From an uncultured bacterium (GTDB lineage Bacteria > Verrucomicrobiota > Verrucomicrobiia > Limisphaerales > UBA8199), in the NCBI GenBank assembly GCA_963749495.1, contig CAVVMW010000015.1, positions 352,001 to 416,000 of the forward strand: DNA of 64,000 bases, in the 5' to 3' direction. Position 1 is the first letter of the stretch. Each line of letters starts with the position of its first letter. Positions 7,907-16,505 of the stretch are shown piece by piece. The position numbers and the translations under genes are program-made. Under the pieces are notes generated by a model. It was not told where the DNA came from, searched no databases, and was given only the letters and a program-made list of their open reading frames with translations.

Positions 7907-7975
7907 GCCTTCGCCTGCCGGCTACGGCTCGGCGGGCCAATTGCTTGCCGCACGATAGCGCAAAGCGCGACGGCG

Positions 7976-8050
7976 GGCCTCGTGGTGTAATCAGGAGCGC
8001 GCCGGTCTCTGAAACCGAAGGACTCGGAGCAAAACCGGGCGAGGCAGCCA
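7976..8050 (+). tRNA. tRNA-Gln(CTG)
   Basis: gGCCTCG/CGAGGCa-G-CCA; ccggt-CTCTGAA-accga; T loop AGCAAAA. Confidence 0.8.
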
Positions 8051-8190
8051 TACTTCAAAGGCTGAAGGCTGAAGGCTGAAGGCTAAAGTCCTCAACAAAG
8101 AACAAACACCTTGGGCAGATGAAGGGCCACGAGGGAAGGCCGGCCGCAGCGCCCTTCCGGTCCTCGTCCCTCGACCCTCGACCCTTTTTT

Positions 8191-8832
8191 ATGAGCAGTA
8201 TATTGACGAAAGCGACCGTGCTGGTGCTCAACCGCAACTGGCAGGCCATCAACGTGCGCACGTCCCAGGAGGCGTTCTGCGTGATGGCCACCAACGTGGC
8301 CACCGGCCTGGAAATCGAGCGCGCAGATCCACCCCATCCGGAGCCCGACTCATTCTGCACTCCGCAATCCGCACTCCGCACTGGCACGGTCCGCCCGGTG
8401 ACCTGGGAGGAGTGGATCACCCTGCCCATTCAGGAGCAAGACGAGGCGGTGCACACCGTGCGAGGAGCGATCCGCGTGCCGACCGTGATCGTGGCGGTCA
8501 ACTTCGCCAAGGTGCCCAAGAAGCGGCCGAAGCTCTGCGCGCGCGCCATCCGCGAGCGGGACGGCAACCGTTGCCAGTACACGGGCCGTGTCCTGCGCCC
8601 GGAGGAGGGCAGCCTGGACCATGTCGTGCCCCGCTCGCGCGGCGGCCAGGACGCCTGGGAGAACCTGGTCTGGTCGGCCAAGGAAGTGAACCAGCGCAAA
8701 GCCGACCGCCTCCCGCACGAGGTGGGCCTGAGGCTCCTCTCCGTCCCCCGTGCGCCAAGGGAGTTGCCGGTATCCGCGTTCATCCGCAATGGCCACGGTA
8801 TTGAGGACTGGAAGCTGTTCGTGGAGGACTGA
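8191..8832 (+). CDS. HNH endonuclease (McrA/HNH_5-like)
   Basis: 'VLVLNRNWQAI...RDGNRCQYTG...SLDHVVPRSRGG..WENLVWSAKEVNQRKADRLP'. Confidence 0.9.
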   Translation: MSSILTKATVLVLNRNWQAINVRTSQEAFCVMATNVATGLEIERADPPHPEPDSFCTPQSALRTGTVRPVTWEEWITLPIQEQDEAVHTVRGAIRVPTVIVAVNFAKVPKKRPKLCARAIRERDGNRCQYTGRVLRPEEGSLDHVVPRSRGGQDAWENLVWSAKEVNQRKADRLPHEVGLRLLSVPRAPRELPVSAFIRNGHGIEDWKLFVED

Positions 8833-8970
8833 AAAAACGGGTTGGGCCGCCAGCAATGGCGGCCCTACCGCCCAAAGCGAAAAAGGTACTCGCGAAACGA
8901 TTGAATATCCGCGAGATTTGTTCGTGAATGTTCAGCAAATCAGGCTTCGCCTGAGACCGGAGAACAAGCT

Positions 8971-9971
8971 ATGAGCGAAAACACTCCGCGAGACAAGGGC
9001 CTGATGGCGTGGTTAGGTGGTAGGCCAGTATATCTGGACGAAGTCCGCGAGCTGAGCTGACGTTGCAAAGGAGCGCCAACCGCGCGCCTGGACACCTGCT
9101 AACGTCCCTGCCCAGAAACTATTCCGTTGCGTGGAATGTCTGCGGGACCTCGAATCAGACCTGAAGGCAGTCGGGCGCGCGAGGGGCAAGGTGAAAATGC
9201 GCAGAAAGTTGAAGATCCTCCTCACTCCGCTACATACTTTGGTGGAAGCCGTTCGAGACTTAGCGAATGACTTGGAGAACAACCCGGACACCGTCCGCCA
9301 ACTCCCCGAAGGCGCGCGTCCACTTGTCCCGCAGCTCCGCATGCAACTGCTGAAAATCGCGGAAATCGGAAAGGGCGGCCTGTTGTCATCGGCGCGGAAC
9401 AAGATTTCCGCTCATATTGACGTGCGGTTCTCCGCAGAAGAAATGAGAGCCCCTCCTAGGTCAGGTGGAACCCGCGAAGGTGGGCCTGTGGCTGCACACA
9501 TGCATCGCCGTGCTGGCCGACTTTATCAAGCTGCCGGTCTATTTCTGGTTTTGCGGGCCAGACGGCGAGGGGAATGTTCGAATGTTGTTTAGGGAGCCGT
9601 TCGTCGTCACGCTCGGTTTGGACGCGGCGGGAAAGCCAAATCGCTTGCTTGATGTCCACATGATCCCAGAACCGCCGCGTCACGAAGCACTGGCGCTGAT
9701 GATGCAAGTGGTTGAGAGTTCGCGCTGGATGTTTGGAGCAGCCGACCCTCACATCCTGAGTTGGGTTGAGGATAAGCCCGGCGAGTACTGGGCGAAGTCG
9801 CTGAAGCAGCTGCCTCAGTTCAGCGGTGTTGCGGCCAACGAGAATGGGCCTTCCGTTGTGCCCCGCATCTCAACCGACGATGGATCTTTTCTACTGGTTC
9901 CTGCAAACGTGCCGTTTTTTATCAAAGAGTCCGTTCAGCGAATCACCAGACGGGAGGATTTGCTGGGCTGA
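8971..9971 (+). pseudogene. HEPN-motif (AbiU2-like) protein, two +1 frameshifts
   Basis: GGAGA RBS and ATG at 8971; frames join near 9058 and 9450; 'RNKISAH' Rx5H motif at 9395-9415; lower GC than neighbours. Confidence 0.5.
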
Positions 9972-10286
9972 GAGCAGCATGGTGATCCGGGTGTGGTCTT
10001 ATGAGCTCGAGGATTTTCTTCGCCTCGGCGTCCGGCTGGCTGGGTCCAAGCAGCCGACTGAGTTCTGTGCAGTCATGAAGTCGACCTCGAACCCACGCCT
10101 AGCGCTTCGGTTGCTCGGCCTTTGCTTAGCTGGATCTCCCTCCGCCTCCACCGCCCCTGAACGTGAGCTGATTCGTGATTCCCATTTCCAAGCAGGCTTC
10201 CACCTGCTCGAGCATAAGCCTAGCAAACGCGTCGTTTCAGTTTGCCTTCTTGCTTTCAGCCCCAATAGGCGGGATAAAGTCGAGCC

Positions 10287-11651
10287 ATGAAGCTGCTCGG
10301 TTCGTTCATGTGCTGGCTCGTGCTCGCTTGCATCTCCTTGAGCGCGCCTGCACAAGTCACTCCCCCAACCGCGATGCGGCCGGCCACATTTCCCCTGCGG
10401 GTGAGTGAAAACGGGCGGCATCTCGTGGATGCGGCCGGCAGACCCTTTCTGGTGATCGGCGATGCGGCATGGTCCCTGGTCGCACAGTTGAGCGAGGAGA
10501 ACATCGCCCGCTATTTGGATGATCGCCAGAGGCGGGGATTCAACTCCATCATCGTCAACCTCATCGAACACAAGTTTGCCGCCAAAGCGCCGGCGAAGCT
10601 TGACGGCGTCGCGCCGTTCCTCAAGCCGGGCGATTTCACGCAACCCAACCCTGCGTACTTCGACTACGCGTGCCAGGCCGTTGTCGCGGCGAACCAGCGG
10701 GGGCTGGCCGGGTGGTTGTGTCCGGCCTATCTCGGCTGGGGCGGCGGAGACGAGGGATTTTTCAAGGAGATCAAAGCGGTCGGACCGGCAGTGTTGCGGA
10801 GTTACGGGCGGTTCGTCGGCCAGCGTTTCAAGGATTTGCCGAACATCGTTTGGATGGTCGGCGGCGACTACGCGTTGCCGGAAACTGAACGCTGGGCGGG
10901 CACCGAACTGGCCCTGGGCCTGCGCGAGGGCGGCGCAAGACAACTCATCACGGCGCATGGCGGGCAGACCTCGGCGCTCGACACCTTCGGCGACCAACCC
11001 TGGCTGGCGGTGGATACGGTGTACCGTTACCAGCCCGATCTTTGGCGGCCGTTGCTGGCGGCTCATGGCCGGAAACCGGCTCGGCCATTTGTGCTCATCG
11101 AGACGATCTATGAAGGCGAACACGACTCGAAGCCGGAGCAAATCCGGCGGCAGGCCTGGTGGGCGATGCTGTGCGGCGCCTGCGGCCAGTTCTTCGGCAA
11201 TAACCCGATGTGGCACTTCGACGGGCCTACGCTCTTCCCGCACACCAACACCTGGGAGCAGGCGCTCGGCAGCACGGGCAGCCGTGACATCGCCCGGCTG
11301 GGGAAGTTCCTCACGACACTCCCGTGGCAACAACTCGTCCCCGACACCGAAGGCAAACTCGTCGCCGCCGGCGCAGGCGACGGGACCGCGCGCATCACCG
11401 GCGCCCGCGCCTCGGACAAAAGCCTCGCGCTGCTCTACATCCCTGCAGACGGCAAGGGCCCGCGCGAGTTCAAGCTCAACCTCGCCAATTTTGCCGGTCC
11501 GGTGACAGCTCGCTGGTTCAATCCTGCCAAGGATGCCTCGCTCCTCCCATACGGCGCAACGTTTCCCAATCGCGGGCAACAAACCCTCCAGACCCCCGGA
11601 GACAACGGCGTCGGCGCGAATGACTGGCTGCTCGTGCTGGAATCGCGTTGA
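10287..11651 (+). CDS. Apiosidase-like glycoside hydrolase (DUF4038/GH140-like) with C-terminal collagen-binding-like domain
   Basis: Signal peptide; 'RHLVDAAGRPFLVIGDAAWSL', 'NIVWMVGGD', 'ETIYEGEH', 'ARWFNP...DWLLVLE'. Confidence 0.85.
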   Translation: MKLLGSFMCWLVLACISLSAPAQVTPPTAMRPATFPLRVSENGRHLVDAAGRPFLVIGDAAWSLVAQLSEENIARYLDDRQRRGFNSIIVNLIEHKFAAKAPAKLDGVAPFLKPGDFTQPNPAYFDYACQAVVAANQRGLAGWLCPAYLGWGGGDEGFFKEIKAVGPAVLRSYGRFVGQRFKDLPNIVWMVGGDYALPETERWAGTELALGLREGGARQLITAHGGQTSALDTFGDQPWLAVDTVYRYQPDLWRPLLAAHGRKPARPFVLIETIYEGEHDSKPEQIRRQAWWAMLCGACGQFFGNNPMWHFDGPTLFPHTNTWEQALGSTGSRDIARLGKFLTTLPWQQLVPDTEGKLVAAGAGDGTARITGARASDKSLALLYIPADGKGPREFKLNLANFAGPVTARWFNPAKDASLLPYGATFPNRGQQTLQTPGDNGVGANDWLLVLESR

Positions 11652-11680
11652 ATCGACGAGGGCGAGGAACTTCGATACCT

Positions 11681-13200
11681 GTGAGAACACAAACGCTATC
11701 CGTTGTTGCCACCTTGCTGCTTGCCTTTGGGGCGGGCGCGGCTGAAATCCAGATCACGCTGGATCCAGCCTCATCCGGGCGAACCTTCGAAGGCATTGGC
11801 GCCCTGAGCGCCGGCGCGTCCTCGCGGCTGCTCATGGAGTATCCTGAAGCCCAGCGCAGCCAGGTGCTGGATTTCCTGTTCAAACCGAAATTTGGCGCCG
11901 CATTCCATCACCTCAAGGTCGAGATCGGCGGGGATGTCAATTCCACGGACGGCACCGAACCGAGCCATGCACGAACCCGCGCGGAGTTCGAGCATCCCCA
12001 GCCCGAATATTTCGACCGCGGCTACGAATGGTGGCTGCTGCGGGAGGCCAAGCGGCGCAACCCGGCGATCATCACGGATATTCTCCAGTGGGGCGCGCCT
12101 GGCTGGATAGGCCGGGGGAAGTCTGACGCCGAGAAGTTCTTCAGCCAGGACAACGCGGATTTCATCGTGTCGTTCATCAAGGGAGCCCGCCAATACCACG
12201 GGATCGAGATCAACTATTGCGGCATCTGGAATGAGACGCCCCACAATACCGCGTGGATCAAGCTCCTGCGCCGCACTTTGGATCGCGCCAACCTGTCGCG
12301 CGTCCAGATCGTGGCCTCGGACCAGACCGGCAACGATCCCTGGCGTATCGCCCGGGAAATGGGCTCCGACCCGGAACTGAGGAACGCAGTCCAGGTGATT
12401 GGCGCGCATTATGTGGGCTTCAAGTCCACGCCGGAGGCGCTGGCCAGGGGCAAACGGGTGTGGTCGAGCGAGGATGGGCCGTGGCGCGGGGACTGGCAGG
12501 GCGCGCGGCAACTGGCGCGGGTCTTCAACCGCAACTACGTCCAGGGGCGAATGACCAAGACCGTCATCTGGAGCCTCGTCACCTCCTGCTATGACACCTT
12601 GCCGCTGCCCAACTCCGGTCCGATGATGGCGAAGGAGCCTTGGTCCGGCCATTATGAAGTGCAGCCGGCTACTTGGGTCATCGCCCACACGACCCAGTTC
12701 GCCCAACCCGGTTGGAAGTATATGGACTCGGGCTGCGTCTCCCTGCCCGGCGGTGGCAGTTGCGTTGCGCTGCGAAGTGCCGCAACTCCGGAGGATTGCA
12801 GCATCATTGTGGAGACAATGGGTGCAAAGGAGCCTCAGACGCTCGTTTTCCGCGTGGCGAATGGACTCGCCAAGAAGCCACTGCACGTTTGGCGCAGCAA
12901 TGAACGTAGCCAGTTCGATCGGGTGGATGATGTCCCACTGAACGGCGACTCATTCACCCTCATAGCGGAACCGGATTCGGTCTATTCGCTCACGACAACC
13001 ACCGGACAACAAAAGGGCCGTAGCGAGAGCCGCCTTCGTCGGAATTCCCGCTGCCTTACGCCGACGGCTTCGAATCCGGCGCGGTCGGGAAATACGCCCG
13101 CTATTTCTCCGATCAGGGAGGTGTGTTCGAAGTGTGCACGCGGCCCGATGGCGCCGGCCACGCCCTGCGCCAGGTGGTCGCCGGGCGGAACATTGACCCC
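11681..13200 (+). pseudogene. GH59 galactosylceramidase-like protein, C-terminus frameshifted and truncated
   Basis: 'FEGIGALSAGASSRLL', 'LKVEIGGDVNSTDGTEPSH', 'GIWNE', 'WSSEDG', 'AHTTQFAQPGWKY'; frameshift near 13020. Confidence 0.8.
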
Positions 13201-13269
13201 TTTCATGACCCCTTTCATTCTTTCACGCGCCAAGGGCCTGATAGTGACTGCGCCTGACCTCGGTGCAGT

Positions 13270-15816
13270 TCAAGGCACCGGCTTCACGGTGTAGAAGCGG
13301 TGGTTTGCGGTTTTTGCGTCCGGATCCGTCAGTTGGGCAGTGCCGTTGGGCGGTTGGACGGGTGTTTGCAACAGGAACCAGTGCCACAGGTCGTCCGAGT
13401 AGAGCGCGCGATAGCGGCGCGTTGGCTCGGCCGCCCACTGCAAGCGCAGCCCGTCGGCTCCAAGCTGGGGGCGCATCAACTTCACGGTATTGGTCGCAAA
13501 AGCATCGCTGTCCGGGAAGAGGGTTACCGGGTCCATGAAACTGGCCGTCCAACCAGGCTCGGCCGGCGCGCTCGCGCTGGCCAAAAGGTTCGACCAGGCC
13601 GGGTCGGTCAAACGGTTGTCCATAGGCCATTTGAATTCGTAACCGGAGAAGACCGGTCCCGCGGCCAGGAAAGTGCCGCGCTGGGGAAGGGTGACGGCGG
13701 CCACGAGAAGTTTCACATAGCCCACGCCTTCCTCGAGGACCTCGCCCGTATTGGGATCCGTGTGCACGTCCGCAACCAAGGTGGTATCCTCAAGGTGCGG
13801 GCCGAAGTCGGCCTCGCTTAGAGGGGACAGTATCCCGTAGAAATTGAGGATGAAATCGGTGTCGTCATCGCTCAGGGGCTGGCCTTCCAGTTCCGCCGTG
13901 GAAATATCGCGCAAGCGCGCCAAAACCGATGTGAGCTGACCCAGGCGGTTGGTGAGCGCGGCGTCGAGGACATTCAGATTGGCCAACCCGGTGCCCGTGA
14001 GGTCGGTCAGTGCCCGCAGCCGCTCAAAGAACTCCGGCACCGGCTCCACGTATCCGGCGGGAGGGGGAGGAGGCGGCGGGCCACAGCCACCCCAACCCGA
14101 GTAGCTTTGCTTGGCGTAGAGGATAGTGTCATGGCGCAACTCGGTCCAGGAGGCCAGGGCCGCGCTGAGTTGTTTGTCCTGCCAGGCAGTGGTCCGCATG
14201 AAGGCTGGGTAACCGGGGCCGCAAGGAGCCAGCAGCGGGCGCAGCCCGTAGAGCCAGCTCCAATACAGATTGCGCGTCCAATCGGCCTGGCCAAAGGACT
14301 GGAACAGGCCCAGCAATTGGTTGACCTGCAGGTCATAGCCCGAGTAATCCGTGTCGCCGGCCGAGTCCAGCAGGCTGAGCCCCCGCGACGAACCCAGCAC
14401 CACCATGACGTCCAGGCCCCGGGGAAACGCACGAATCGGTCCCGCCCTGCTGTTGACCAGTGTGAACGGATTGCCCGAGCCGGTGTAGCCGCCCACATCC
14501 GGCCAGACCAGTTGCTGGAACATGTAGGAGTCCGGAACGAACCTCTGGCCCATCGGGCGCATCCCCTTGGTCATGTCGAGAACTGCATCGAGGCCGGCTG
14601 CGGTCGCATTCGGTGGCAGGATGGAGTGGCCGGTTCCGCCGTAGATTTGCGGGCTGGGCATGGCGGCCAGGGCCTTGCGCAGGGCCAGGAAGGTGGCGTC
14701 GTCGGTGAGCGACAGGACATTGACCTGCGCGCCGAAGACCTGCATCAGTGCGACTTTGTAATCATACGGGGTCAGATCATCGGCCAACCCGACAAAGAAG
14801 GCCGTTACCCCATAGATCCGGTTCCAAGTGGCGGCGCACGGCGGGGTCTGATCCAGGTCCAGCGTCATCAGGAACGCCGACAAGGTTTGGATGCGGGCCT
14901 CGGCGACTGAAACCAACGCGTCCGAGGGGAGCTGGCTGCCTTTGAGCAGATAGGCCATCTGGCCATACCACATCATTGCCTGGAAGTAGCGTTCCAGGTC
15001 CGCGCTGGCTGTGTAGTGGCCGCGGGGAATGAATTGTGAATAATCCTCCTGGTAATTGAACAGGGGACTTTGCTCAAAGCCGGCATGGGCCTGGATGTTG
15101 GTTAACTCCCCGCTAACGATGCCGGCCACGGTGTCGGGCACATCAACTGATTCGCCCAGCAGCTCCAAGGCGACGCTGAAGAAAGCCATATTGCGGCGGG
15201 CGGCTTCCTTCAAATCGCCGCTCAGGGTGGCATATTCGCCGATGGCGCTGGCGAGGAGCGAACTCGAGATCACCTTGAGTTGTGGGAGGAATTGGTTGGT
15301 CTCGATTCCCATGAGAATCTCGTCGAAATCGACATGATAGAGGTGAAGCAGGGAATCCGAGGTGACGAAGGGGGGAATGCCCGAGTTGATCAGGACGGAA
15401 TAGGTCGCCGTCATGTTGACCTCCTGGCCATAGGGGATGACCACGAAGCCGTTGCGTGCCAGGGCCTGGCAGGCGCTTTGACTCATCCCTAAGCCCTGTG
15501 TGTCGCTCGCCGCGTTGGACACCTGGGTCAGATCGAGCGGCAAGGTCGGGCCCGGCGCATTGGCCGTCACAGAGACTGGTTGATACTGATAGCCAGAAGA
15601 CAACTCAACGCGGGCCAGGCCGCTGTTGGTGCTCAAGGTCTGGGCGGAGAGGTTCTCGGGCCTGGCGAGGGCTGCTATGAACAAAAGGGCAAGTGCGGCG
15701 GAGGCCAGGTGCAACCCGCCCCTGGAGGCGCCGTGGGTCCGGCGGCGAGCCGGAGGAGGACATGGACGCGCTTCTGGTGGGCAAGTCGATGAAGGACGGG
15801 TCTGTCTGGTTTTCAT
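13270..15816 (-). CDS. DUF3160 family secreted protein
   Basis: 'FVTSDSLLHLYH', 'DYSQFIPRGHYT', 'GQRFVPDSY', 'SWTELRHDTILYAKQSY', 'GYVEPVPEFF'; Verrucomicrobia-type C-terminal 'RFY' tail. Confidence 0.9.
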   Translation of the reverse strand: MKTRQTRPSSTCPPEARPCPPPARRRTHGASRGGLHLASAALALLFIAALARPENLSAQTLSTNSGLARVELSSGYQYQPVSVTANAPGPTLPLDLTQVSNAASDTQGLGMSQSACQALARNGFVVIPYGQEVNMTATYSVLINSGIPPFVTSDSLLHLYHVDFDEILMGIETNQFLPQLKVISSSLLASAIGEYATLSGDLKEAARRNMAFFSVALELLGESVDVPDTVAGIVSGELTNIQAHAGFEQSPLFNYQEDYSQFIPRGHYTASADLERYFQAMMWYGQMAYLLKGSQLPSDALVSVAEARIQTLSAFLMTLDLDQTPPCAATWNRIYGVTAFFVGLADDLTPYDYKVALMQVFGAQVNVLSLTDDATFLALRKALAAMPSPQIYGGTGHSILPPNATAAGLDAVLDMTKGMRPMGQRFVPDSYMFQQLVWPDVGGYTGSGNPFTLVNSRAGPIRAFPRGLDVMVVLGSSRGLSLLDSAGDTDYSGYDLQVNQLLGLFQSFGQADWTRNLYWSWLYGLRPLLAPCGPGYPAFMRTTAWQDKQLSAALASWTELRHDTILYAKQSYSGWGGCGPPPPPPPAGYVEPVPEFFERLRALTDLTGTGLANLNVLDAALTNRLGQLTSVLARLRDISTAELEGQPLSDDDTDFILNFYGILSPLSEADFGPHLEDTTLVADVHTDPNTGEVLEEGVGYVKLLVAAVTLPQRGTFLAAGPVFSGYEFKWPMDNRLTDPAWSNLLASASAPAEPGWTASFMDPVTLFPDSDAFATNTVKLMRPQLGADGLRLQWAAEPTRRYRALYSDDLWHWFLLQTPVQPPNGTAQLTDPDAKTANHRFYTVKPVP

Positions 15817-16261
15817 AGGTTTGTCTTTTAGTTTCGGTCGTCCGCACGGGCGGCGGCGGCGCGCAGGCTTCGCTCGACCGGGCTGCTCGGACACACGGCG
15901 GTTTCGTGAGCCACGGCGCTCAAAGCGCCAGTTTCAGCCCGCGCGCCGCCTTCAAGGAGTAATGGCAACGTTTCCGCACGGTTTGCTTCAAGATTTCCCG
16001 GTGAATCGGGGAGGCTCGTGGCTTTGCCGCTTTGCGGGCGCGGCGCCCGCCGCAAGGCTCGGGCATGCCGTTAAATGGAGGTGAAAGCCCGCCGCCATGA
16101 GTTCTTGCTGCGCATCCAACATGTACTTCGGGTTTTTCGCGCAACCATTACAGGGATTCCGGGACAAGCCCCGTCGGAAAAAGGAGCCGCCGCGCTGGAG
16201 CAGCTTTGCCGCGCCTACTGTTTCGAAAGGGCAGTGAAACCGCAGGGACGCAAAGAACGCA

Positions 16262-16505
16262 GCGCGGCGAAGCCGCAACCAAAGAACCGATAACCGCGGA
16301 ATACGCGGAATACGCGGAAAAAGAACCAGCCCGCTTCGGAATTCCGCGTGTTCCGCGTGTTCCGCGGTTCATTGTTTCTGTGAGAGATCTTCGCAGGCTG
16401 CGAAGAATCTTACCACGGATTTCACGGATGACACGGATTCTTGTGGATCCGTGCCATCCGTGCAATCCGTGGTCAATTCGACTTTTGGTTGCGCCTTGGC
16501 CGCGC
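16262..16505. repeat. Composite palindromic (MITE-like) element with nested 9-mer arrays
   Basis: Outer IR GCGCGGCGAAGCCGCAACCAAA/TTTGGTTGCGCCTTGGCCGCGC enclosing (ACGCGGAAT)n and (CACGGAT)n hairpins. Confidence 0.75.

Larger units (their letters stand above)
5087..7975 (+). repeat. GCCTTCGC...GGCTCGGCGGGC / ...CTGCCGCGCCGTAGC...GAAGGCGGGC spacer repeat family
   Basis: Copies begin immediately after tRNA CCA ends at 5087, 6118, 6408, 6600, 7059, 7255, 7370 and 7907. Confidence 0.8.

Noticed and set aside
5087..7975. Regularly interspaced repeats suggesting a CRISPR array
   Set aside because: The 'spacers' are tRNA genes, the repeats vary in length and sequence, and there are no cas genes
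5745..8058. Many short ORFs across the array in the ORF track
   Set aside because: They are shadow translations of tRNA genes and repeats
15960..16260. GCAAAGCC and GGGACGCAAAG strings resembling a c-di-GMP-I riboswitch
   Set aside because: The two-hairpin GEMM structure could not be built, and the second string belongs to the 9-mer repeat family
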